20,000 bases of DNA, taken from Mesotaenium endlicherianum. Taxonomy: Eukaryota. The position numbers and the translations under genes are program-made. Below are positions 10,701 through 20,000 of the stretch, piece after piece. The stretch spans positions 55,106 through 75,105 of the forward strand of contig WELA01002990.1 in NCBI GenBank assembly GCA_009602735.1. Direction: 5' to 3'. The notes below the pieces were generated by a model. That model saw only the letters and a list, made by a program, of their open reading frames with translations. It was not told the DNA's origin and ran no database searches. Each line of letters opens with the position of its first letter. The first letter of the stretch is position 1.

Positions 10701-13582
10701 TGTCTGCATGCATCAGATGGCAACAGCTGGCGCTGCATGCGGCTTAGGAGCACGCCCCCAGCTGGCAAACACAAAGAGGCCCGTAGATGCAAGCTGAGCG
10801 AGCGACACAAGGGGAGCTCCCCGACCAGCCCCTTTCAGCAAGGGAGGAAAAAAGCCGCCACCTGTGAACCTTCTAGTGGAGATACGCTGACGCCTCTCCT
10901 TACGCTCTCAATTCTGCCAAATGGGGGGGGGAGGAAGGAGGGAGGGAGGAGGGCCCCAAGGCCCCGGNNNNNNNNNNNNNNNNNNNNNNNNNNNNNNNNN
11001 NNNNNNNNNNNNNNNNNNNNNNNNNNNNNNNNNNNNNNNNNNNNNNNNNNNNNNNNNNNNNNNNNNNNNNNNNNNNNNNNNNNNNNNNNNNNNNNNNNNN
11101 NNNNNNGGGGGGGGGGCATGCGACTTGCTGTCTGTTTCATTACATACATGAAAATAAGTATATGCATACACAGGCATATGTCAGCTACACGTGCATGCAA
11201 ATGCATCCGACCGTGCTACAAGGTGCCCCTACAAGTACTTGCGGAACATGAAATGGACTGCGAGGGGGAGAGAGGAGCGTCAAGGGGGTCAAAGGGGTCA
11301 AAGGGGTCAAAGGGGTCAAAGGGGGGGAAGCCTCACTTCTGGCAGCCATCGCAGCCCGGGCGAGCCGAGTGGTCAAGGCACGATATGACTGCGCCTCACG
11401 CGTCGTCTCCACCAGGTGGCGCTCTAGCTCCTCTGCCTCCGCCTCCTTCTGTTCGCACTGCTCTCTCTGCCAGAGAGACAACCGCCGCCCGCAATCTCCC
11501 CCCCATCCCCCCCCCCCCCAACTCCGCTGTCGACGTCAGTCCGCCAGAAGAGGGAGAAAGACAGTCACAGAGAGAGAGAGAAACAAAATGAACCCACTAG
11601 CTCGGTTGGTCCGCTCACGCGACGACCCTGTTCTGATTGAAGCTCTAAGATGACCCCCAATAAGCCCCTCTCGATTCAGACCTAGAGAAGAACGGGCGCG
11701 CTCGGCCAGTCCGCTCACGCAATGGCCCCGCTCCGGAGCTTCAACGGCGACCCAGCAAGCATTTCGGCTCGACAAGTCCCTTGACTCAGATCAAACGGTG
11801 GAAATTTATTCTGCAACAGACATCTGGCCTCCCCGGGCGGCAGTGCCGCCCGAGCCCAGACAGGCATCGCGCTGACAGCCGCGCGCCCCTCTCCCTTCTT
11901 CTCTTTCAACGCCTTCGCTCAGAGCGACGCAATGTGGATATCGTGTCACTAAAGCGAGATGACAGAACCTACTGACGCGAGCACCCCACCAGCAGCAGCT
12001 GCTGCTGCTGCTGAGTTCCCCTACCCAGTGCCCTGTCGCCGGCCCAAATCAACTCTATGCCCCCACCCACCACCTTCCCCTCCAATCACTCCCACCCCCA
12101 CATCCCCACCCCTTCCCCGCACTTCCCTGAGACATCATACAAAGTCCTACCTCCTGACCCCTCCCGCCTAACCCTAGAACGTCCCTGCGAGCGTCCCTGC
12201 ATGTCAACCCTAATCTGAGCTCTGCGCTGGACCAGAAGCCTCCAGACCACGCCTCTGGATCGACTCACTTCGTCACTTGGATCGGCTTTTCTCATCATCT
12301 GTACACACGTGTAACTACAAAACAGCGAGAGCATGCGCAGGGAAAGACTTCCGACTTCCTCCAGACAAGGAAGGGGTGTGATCCTGAGGACCAGCCAGCC
12401 AGCCAGCAAAGCAGGAGGGACACCGAAATTCAATCGAGACAGCGCTCAGGCAGGCCCTCATCCTAAGCTATCTATATCTGGAGCTTTCTCTTCCCCGAGT
12501 GTGCGAGCACGAGTGTACGAGTGAGAATATGGATAAGAGCAGTTGGTGCCATGAGAGCATGAGAGTGAATGAGAGAGGAGTGAGTGACAGAGAAGGAGCG
12601 AGTGAGAGCGAGTCTGTGTGTTTGTCCCTCTCACTGGGAGGATACAAAAATATGAATGGCTGGGACTACATGCGTGCACCGGTCTGTGCCGCATGGGGGC
12701 AACGTGTGGGTACCGGAACCTGCCCGTGACAGTGTGTGCGCGCGCAGACTGCGATGATTGGAGAATTGAAATCTCACCACACTCACAAATTGCACACCTG
12801 AACGCATACAAATATATTTGTGTGCCGTTTGTGACATATAAGCTGTCACATAAAAGACCACACTATGTACGATAAAGCCGCATGCTTTTACATGCATAGA
12901 TAGCTACCCCAATCCTTCTCCAAGAAGAAGTGCCAGATGGAAGGAAGGGGAATTTGGGGGAGAGGGGGGGNNNNNNNNNNNNNNNNNNNNNNNNNNNNNN
13001 NNNNNNNNNNNNNNNNNNNNNNNNNNNNNNNNNNGGGGGGGGGATTGCACACATGCAGAGCTTGCAGCAGCTCTACGTGGGCGTAGTACGCTCGCCGGGA
13101 GAGCTCTCCCCAGCACCCGCTTGGAGGCAGCGCATGCGCCACCTGGAAGCGCTGCACGGCTCGCTTGGTCAGGGTCCCGTAGTACCTGCACGTGCACATG
13201 CATGCATGTGTGTTTGTATGTGTAGTCTTGTATATATCAGCGTACATATATTCATATGGCTATCTGTAAAGTTCACTTCTTCTTTTCTAGATATACGGGC
13301 TTGTGTTGTTTATATTCATGTATTTTCTCATTGATTTACAACAAAGACTGGAGGTATAAGAAGTGCATGCATATGCATCTTCTTCGCCCGCGCACGCCAA
13401 GGGCGGGGGGCGTGTATACGCAGGATGGAGGGACCAACACAGGATCCTAGGGCAAACGACGACTGAGATGGTGACAGGTGGACAGGTCAAGGCTCACAGA
13501 TGCGAGAGCTCACCCTGTGATGTTGGTCCCACCGCCCTCCAGGTGCCCCAGGTGCACCAGCGCCGTCTGTCACAACGCAGCC

Positions 13583-13627
<45 letters not shown>

Positions 13628-15398
13628 CAGGGGGGAGTAGAGGTCGTGACGAGAACAAGGACAGGTGTCACGAGCAACTCTTCAGGCTGGAGGAAGTGTG
13701 CCCGCCCGGAGTGTGCTCTATGAACATGCCCTGAGGGTTTTCCAATGCGTTGATTGTTGCACGCCAATGGTTCCCGAGTGCACAACGCATATACTTATAG
13801 TTGTCACACTCACACACAAGTATACACACACAAGCTTATATTAGAATACCTCCTCAAGGTCATCCCCATGCCATCCCCTCTACACGCCCGCCCCCCCTCC
13901 GCCCCCGCTGCCTCACCTGCTGCATCCCACAAACTGCCCCAATCAAAGCCTTACCAGGCGTCAGTCCAACGATATNCAGGCAGGCCCCCCCCAGGAGAAG
14001 CCCAGCCAGGCCAGGCCAAGCCAAGGCCAGGCGAGGGCAGGCTGCTTTGTTAAGTGCGAGCAAGCTGATGAGGGGTGCCCTCACAGCCAGCCGGCAAAGG
14101 GCGAGCAGAGCACCCAAAGGCAGAGCCCAGAGGGGCGCGATGCCTGCATGCTCCATCCCCTCCCCTCCCCTCTCTTTCCTTGCCCCACACAACCTTACCG
14201 CTGCTCTGCCACCCAGCAGTGAGCTACCCGAGCTCGGATACCCCTTTCCCCCCCTCCATGAATACTCAAACTTTTAGACACCAGGCAGTCCACGAGCCCA
14301 GTTCTACGTATTTGTTGCTCTCCCCTCCCCTCCCTTCCCATCCCTCCCATCCCTCCCTCTCCCTCCCATTCCTCTCTCCCTCCCTCCCCTCCCGCTCCCG
14401 CAGGCCCGCCCCCCACTTTGCTGCTGGGGGTGCTGCTGCTGCTCCTGACTACTTCCTATTCTACGTGGGCTATCGTCTTGTGTTGGGACCCGTTCACAGC
14501 TGCATGGCGATGCATAAGAACCGAGGACAACCGCAGGTCGGGTGCTCTCTCGTCCGTTTCTTCCGCCCGTATCGCACCCTCTGCCAGACCAGAAAGGCAA
14601 GAGGTCCCGTGGCCTCTGCATTTGCAGAAACAGGGCTGAAGCGCCAAAGAGGAGGTTCAAGTCCACCCCCACATGCTTGAGACAGAGAGAGAAAGAGAAA
14701 GAGACAGAGAGAGAGAATGGGAGGAGCCCCGCTGCGCGACGCACACATACCCTGGAATGCTTGCTTTATTCTTTCAGCACTGAGACCGTACCCCCGTTTC
14801 TTCCTCCCACATTCCTCACCCCACCGACTGACGAAAGCAGCCCACAGGATCGAGGATCAGAGGGCTGTCAATCAATTCACAGGAACAACAAGGGAGTAGG
14901 CAAAGGCTCCCATGACTCCCTACAGGATGGCCCCCAAGGGACTTTCCCGCATACAGGCCTGGAGCCTGCTCGCCACCTGGCAGCCCAGAAGGAGCCATCT
15001 ACCCTTTCCATGCGTGGGCTTGGCTGCTCCCAACTCCGCCCACACCCCTTCCCTCCCGGATGGTCTGGGCTGTCGTCCTGCCAAGTGTAAGCGCTGTAGA
15101 ACTTCCCGTCTCTTGCCGGGATATTGAGAAACTGTCCCTCCCTCCCTTCCTCAAGTCCCTCCTTCCCTCCGTCCGCGCCCTCCAGTCCCTCAACCTCCTC
15201 CTCTCTCCCACCCCTCCCCTTCACCTTACCTCCCTCCCTCCTTCCCCTCCCTTCCTCCCCCTCTGGCGATGCCATTAGGTCAGAGCTGGCACTTTGCTGA
15301 TGATTGAATCACATATGGGGAGTGTCATGCTTGGCTAAGCTCGAGGATATGCACAGGCACGAGGACCTGAACATGACAAGTGTGCGTGTGTGTGCGTG

Positions 15399-15437
<39 letters not shown>

Positions 15438-16457
15438 GTGTGTGTGTCTGTGTGTGTGTGTCTATAGGAGTGCCATACAATGGTTGCGGTTGAGTTGGAA
15501 TGAGGGTATTGGCGAAAAAGGCATCATAGTGTTAAGGGATTGCTCATATGAGGTTCATAAACCACCACGCTCTGAACTAGCATTGCGGAGAGAGGTGAAA
15601 GACACACAACATAACCTCAGGAACATAGGAGAGCAAAAACAACAAATATATAAACAAAAAAAGAACAGAATAATAGAATTGGAAAACCCTTCTTGAGGGA
15701 GCCATACCTGAAGCTTCTTCACCTCTGGCCCAAAGTCACCTTCCACGAGGTCAATTGAGAAGTGCAGATAAGACAGGGTGTCCAGACTGATCAAAGCCCT
15801 TGCCACTGCCTCTGCCTCCCCCTCCTCGTCCCCCTCCCCGTCCCCCACACCCAGGGGGGCTGTACCTTCCCACCGCGACGAGGTTGATGCATCCGCATCT
15901 GACCCACTCCGAAAATCTGAGAAGCTATCAGCTGATCTGGCAGACAAACTAGGTTCTGATCCACTGACTAACCTTGACGAGCTCTGGGGTTTTAAGCTGA
16001 CGCCCATAGGCGTGTGAACTAAGGGCGGACTGCCAAAGGGCTCGCCTGCACTGGCTTCACAAGTTACGTGCCATACCACATGAGTCTGCCTATTGGCCTT
16101 CAGCTCTTTGCGCACTTCGACTAGAGAGAGGCTGCCACGAGCGTCGTGGTAAGAAACATCCCCTCGCCAAAACCTCGAAACTAGATGAGAAACACCAGGC
16201 ACGAGTGCTATAAGCATTTCCCTATGACTATGTTGTTCTCTGCAGTCTTTTGCACTGCGTCGAGAAGTGGCTGATGCGAACGTAGTAAGACATAGCTCTT
16301 GAAAGGTAACACCCCTACCACGTGCAGAGGCCTCCCGCCTCTGCCTATGTTGGCATGTAGTGGCCAGGACATTGGAGCATTGTCCCCAAGAATAATTCCT
16401 ATCAGGGACAACGAAGCCACATTTAAGTTGTAGGGGCGAATGTAGTATGGCCTCCAT
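7746..16457 (-). CDS. Multi-exon gene: putative plastid-targeted peptidoglycan-binding-domain (PG_binding_1/PGBD-like) membrane protein with coiled coils; last exon(s) unresolved
   Basis: Exons 16457-15708, 13566-13514, 13185-13053, 11466-11337, 10574-9358, 9011-8871, 7790-7746. All introns are GT-AG, with phases 0,2,0,1,0,0. Total 2469 nt = 823 codons with no stop. Confidence 0.75.
8386..8558. other. Assembly gap (N run)
   Basis: N run preceded by poly-G. Confidence 1.
8871..9011 (-). CDS. Exon 6, coiled coil (SQGTLRRRLDDLRKSAKAAELDRKAAMESLASERTRLVELELHLQEE)
   Basis: Acceptor GTGGCAG|, donor GAG|GTGCCC; 47 codons; heptad-like. Confidence 0.8.
9168..9236 (+). repeat. Imperfect (CA)n/(CG)n alternating purine-pyrimidine tract
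   Basis: Read directly from the sequence. Confidence 0.85.
9358..10574 (-). CDS. Exon 5: transmembrane helix (~10518-10444) plus long low-complexity region
   Basis: Lies inside the 485-aa ORF. Acceptor CATTGCAG|, donor TCG|GTGAGC. Hydrophobic VPLGASLAGCALGASLLAATCWHLL, with SRRRK about 20 aa later. Confidence 0.82.
10968..11106. other. Assembly gap (N run)
   Basis: N run followed by poly-G. Confidence 1.
11282..11324 (+). repeat. (AAAGGGGTC)x4 tandem repeat, just inside the intron after exon 4
   Basis: Read directly from the sequence. Confidence 0.92.
11337..11466 (-). CDS. Exon 4, coiled coil (REQCEQKEAEAEELERHLVETTREAQSYRALTTRLARAAMAAR)
   Basis: Acceptor CTCTCTGGCAG|, donor GAA|GTGAGG; E/A/R-rich helical composition; phase 0 to 1. 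Confidence 0.7.
11598..11792. repeat. Diverged ~100-bp tandem duplication in intron 3
   Basis: GCTCGGnnnGTCCGCTCACGC at 11600 and 11700, with weaker similarity continuing downstream. Confidence 0.7.
12971..13034. other. Assembly gap (N run)
   Basis: N run flanked by G runs. Confidence 1.
13053..13185 (-). CDS. Exon 3 (YYGTLTKRAVQRFQVAHALPPSGCWGELSRRAYYAHVELLQALH), PGBD core
   Basis: Matches the xGxxGxxTxxAVxxFQxxxxLxxxGxxGxx(T/S) PGBD pattern. Acceptor GTGCAG|; donor CAT|GTGTGC is less certain. Confidence 0.88.
13514..13566 (-). CDS. Exon 2 (TALVHLGHLEGGGTNIT-G), PGBD
   Basis: Acceptor GTGACAG| downstream of a (CT)n tract; donor AGG|GTGAGC; bridges the two halves of the domain in phase. 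Confidence 0.88.
13585..13628 (+). repeat. (AG)n microsatellite
   Basis: Read directly; forms the polypyrimidine tract for exon 2 on the minus strand. Confidence 0.97.
15380..15461 (+). repeat. (GT)n microsatellite with GC interruptions
   Basis: Read directly from the sequence. Confidence 0.97.
15708..16457 (-). CDS. Exon 1: transit-peptide-like N-terminus, Ser-rich and acidic linker, start of PGBD (DLVEGDFGPEVKKLQ)
   Basis: 250 codons; in-frame TGA three codons upstream of the ATG; donor CAG|GTATGG. Confidence 0.85.
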
Positions 16458-16901
16458 AAATGGTCAAATAATCCGCGTTATATGGCCATGACTGTGCAGA
16501 TTATATCCACGCGAACATTTCCTGCTCCAAATCAGCATCATCTATCAACAGCAATTTCAGCCGACCAACTCGCTGAACACAAACACACCACTTCATTCCC
16601 GGCACCTCCTTGGTCGGCATACTCCTCAGCCATGGTGTTATAAATATTGCTTGCATTGATTCCTCGAGTGATGCATAAACTGCAGCAAAGTAACCGTTGG
16701 CTTCATCTCTTCATCGCCCTACATTGTCTGCATCGCGGTTTCTTGCAGTTTCTCCAGCGAGTCCTGTGTGTGCTACACTACCATCTGCACGACTCTCGGG
16801 GAAACGGTGGGGAACGATGTGCAGCAGTGATGGACAGGCCCAGGCAGGCCTGGATGTTAACTCACTCGTGTGAGGCTGTCAGACTGACAATAGTATCCCG
16901 T

Positions 16902-16978
16902 GCTCTCCATCAGCTCTCCATAGCTGCTCCATAGCAGCTCCATAGCACTCCATAGTGCGCCATAGCTGCTCCATAGCA
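16902..16978 (+). repeat. Minisatellite, about 7 copies of a 10-11 bp unit GC(t/a)gCTCCATA
   Basis: Read directly from the sequence. Confidence 0.9.
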
Positions 16979-19452
16979 AACGTTTAAACACGTGTGAAAG
17001 GTCATTGCTTAGAGAACGCTGACCGGGTATTGACCCAAGTCTCACGGAATGAGTGTCGTGGTTCAAGCTGGTTCCAGCGATGCATCTCTGCCGTCAGTCT
17101 CACATGCTATCTGCCCAACGGCCATGGCACTTTGCCCTCCTGAATTATACTTCACACAAAGCCTCTTACTTCTATCTTTATCCACATCTTCACCACGTTC
17201 ACTTAGGGGTGCTTTATGTGGCCTAGTAAGGACAATGTCGTAATAAGAAAAGGATATACGAAGAAGTACCATTTTGCATCAACCTTCCGTAACTCGAGGA
17301 TCCATCTCTCACCAAAGGTTTTATTTTTGTCGTTGCTATATTCACTGCACACATAACCACCCAAGACTTTATGGTGCCTCATGCCGTTGAAGATCAACTT
17401 ACCAAAAAAAAAGGGAATATACATTATTTGAAAGTGTATGATGTACAAGTACAAAGAAACAGGAACAAATTTTCTAGAGAGCAACACAAATACTCACTTT
17501 GATTGTTATTGTTCAAAGCTCATTCTGTGCCTGATTTTCTAAGGCAATTGCATGTCAATTGTCTTGAACGACATCGGGCAATTCCAAGTGTTTTTGTTTC
17601 TCAGCATGAAGGTAAATAAGTCATCTCTAGAGTAGCAGATGAAGAGGTTTGGCAAAAGAAAAGCTAATAATACTTGCGAGACGAGCTAGAAAGGTTGTAG
17701 TACCAACCCATATTTAGTGACCAAAGGTCCTAAATAGCAAGCTAATTGCAAAGACGTAGTGTTTACAAGATTTGCACTAGCAATGGCTCAAATTGGTCAA
17801 TCACTTTCTCAATCGTAGCTCTAAGTATGGAATTGCAAATATGTTCTGCTCTCTAATTTCATCTCTTCTAGTGGAATCGAGGTCCATACTATGACATTGA
17901 TAATAGGACATTTGGGCTTGATGAGCACACACATTCCTCTTCAAATTGCCTAAATGAGAATATGTGCCCAAGCAAGAACGTAAGCTTGGAACTAGTGAGA
18001 GATGTACACTCAACCTTGTCATTTTGTGGCTAAATAACTGATTAGGAATTTACTTGCACGGTATCCACTCACGAAGTCGTCATGTTATCCCAAGTACTCT
18101 CTATTCATCCTTGGATAGCATGAATCATAAGCCTTGCCATGGCCTCCGTCACCCGATTGTTAGTTTATCATGTAAGACACATCATGGTGGTGCACATTAG
18201 TAGGTGACTTCATTGTCAATACCACTTAGAAACATGAACTGTATGTTCACGTTAATTAGGAATGCATACAATTTCGTAATTTGGGCACATTTGTGGATAC
18301 GACCTTGTGTCCTTACTACTACAATATAGAGGATGCACGAAAAGCAAGAGTTACTGAAATTCTGTGTTGGAGCCGCCCACGCCGCCACCACCTACACTAC
18401 ATGCTAGACGAGAAGATTGTATTATTGTCAAAGCAGGACCAGAGCCCTTTTTCTTTGGAAGAAGCATCATGTAGGTCATTTGTTACAAAAAGGATTACAC
18501 GTGATTATGTTAAGCCTTCTCCAGCGCATAATTCATGCCGTTCACAGCGCATATTGGATATATGACTAAAAACGACTAATTATGAATTACAATGCACAAT
18601 TTGGGGCAAATGACCAATTTTGGCTGAACATTTCGCATTGCCAGCTTGAAACATCAACTCATATGTTTGACAAAAATTGCGATGATCACCGTTTTGCACG
18701 CAGCACGCATGTAAGTTTGTTGTAAATTAGAGATTTATGGAGTTGTTCCTCAAAGTTTCAACGCCAATCGGCAAATTTGAAGCCGTTCGGCTCGGTGGTC
18801 ACAACATGGTGTCGATAATATCCAAAAAGAAACACAACGTTCATTTTCAAAGACACTACTAGTGCGGCATGCGCACAAAGTGAGCAGTGAAAGAATGGAA
18901 GTTTGTCATTTTTGCACATTCAATGGTTGCTGAACATTGACAAAGAGTTGTTGCAACTACACTCTTTGATGATAGGAACCCTTCCCACAAGAAAAGCAAG
19001 CTGCAAGTGGAATATCAGCATGGAGCAGGTACGGCGATGTAGCTATTGCTAGTAGCTAGGGCACTGTCTGCAGAGGCTTTACACCCTTCCGCCTTACCTA
19101 CCCACCCGACGCCCCATCTCAAATATCAGATGAACGGCAGCCGCAACCTAGGCTCCCTCCATCACGAACCGCCCGGAAGCTGCAGGCGGATGTGCTTAAC
19201 TTCTACGTGGATCCAATCGCCTGCTCTGGGATTCCAACTGCAATCCACGACTCTAAGAGGCTATGTCCGCATGGGCGGCAAACTCGCCCGGGGCTGGCAT
19301 AGCCTTCGGTCCCACTCCCACTCCCACTCCCAGACACCTCACTCCGCCTGGGGTGCACAGAGCTTCTATAACCTAGGGGCCTGTCTGTCGGCCCACAACC
19401 TATCCCCCTTAGCTATTTGTGCACACAGGCTCAGGCTCAAGCTCAGGCTCAG

Positions 19453-19967
19453 TTAGTTGCTCTGCCGACGCGCCCGCTCACCGGTCCCCCTGCTCATCCG
19501 GAAATGTGCTGGCCGCCCAGCCGCACGCCCGACTGTATGAGGGGCTACCTGAGACCCGTGTGTGGAGCTGGTACCACATACACCCCCCGACTCCACGCCA
19601 GTGCGTTTTGCCAGACAGTGAAGAAGGAGGAGAAGATTCTCCAATCCTCCGCCAGTCTCGTCCTGTCCAGCCGCGCTCGCTGCCGTCACCGACAACGGCT
19701 CCTCTTTGACAACCTCACCGGGAAGTTTGCTAACAGCGGAACTCCTGTTCTTCGCTGCTTTATTACTCGGCTCCATCCCTCAGACAGTCTCTTTCCTCTC
19801 TATCCGCTACTCGCCCAAGAATCTGCGCTGCTTTTTGGAATCAGGTGCAAAGAGGGACGAGTCTCGTTCGCCTCTAGCGTCCTCCTCGCTCACGCCCATG
19901 TTGGCACGAGAAGCTGATCCCGATGCTTCTCCTGCTTCCTCTGCTATCGTCACCTCGTCCGGAAGAC
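19453..19967 (-). pseudogene. Exon of an upstream minus-strand gene: terminal exon ending at 19807, or a decayed longer exon
   Basis: Acceptor TTTCGCTTGTCAG| then LPDEVTIAEE...PDSKKQRRFLGE*. The same frame continues protein-like past TAG (19809) and TGA (19782) into the 107-aa ORF. Confidence 0.45.
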
Positions 19968-20000
19968 CTGACAAGCGAAAGACAGACCCCTCCCCCCCCC

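Noticed and set aside
10575..10713. N-terminus of the 485-aa ORF as a true start
   Set aside because: It is pyrimidine-rich, intron-like sequence ending in a clear TGCAG acceptor.
11630..11750. miR159/319-like hairpin
   Set aside because: Only 9 bp of complementarity, and the mature sequence does not match.
12160..12215. AACCCTA telomere-like motifs (also near 8832)
   Set aside because: Isolated single copies, not arrays.
12190..12298. C/D snoRNA starting at ATGATGA on the minus strand
   Set aside because: No CTGA D box at a suitable distance.
16902..16978. CRISPR-like array (also considered for 11598-11792)
   Set aside because: No unique spacers between identical repeats, no cas genes, eukaryotic context.
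17063..19030. Short ORFs and isolated splice-like sites in the AT-rich stretch (e.g. CAG|CATGAAG|GTAAAT at ~17605)
   Set aside because: Could not be chained into a coherent gene or matched to any family.

Overview
Eukaryotic genomic DNA, probably from a non-flowering green plant or streptophyte alga (inferred from GT-AG introns, an iMet-primed chromovirus-like retroelement and a candidate plastid protein). There are three N gaps next to G runs. Bases 1-4422 hold the 5' part of an apparently intact Ty3/gypsy LTR retrotransposon on the minus strand: a 503-bp LTR, a tRNA-iMet PBS, gag, and a stop-free pol (PR-RT-RH-IN) that runs off the window edge. Pol is in the -1 frame, behind an A AAA AAC slippery site and a 7-bp hairpin. 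Bases ~7.7-16.5 kb hold a minus-strand gene of at least 7 exons that the ORF track only shows in pieces. Spliced by hand with consistent phases it gives at least 823 aa: a transit-peptide-like N-terminus, a bacterial-type peptidoglycan-binding domain split over three exons, a coiled coil, one transmembrane helix, a long disordered linker and a second coiled coil. This candidate plastid-peptidoglycan membrane anchor is the most interesting item. The rest is intergenic or decayed sequence, including weak PPR-like remnants beside the LTR and a stop-riddled exon at the right end.
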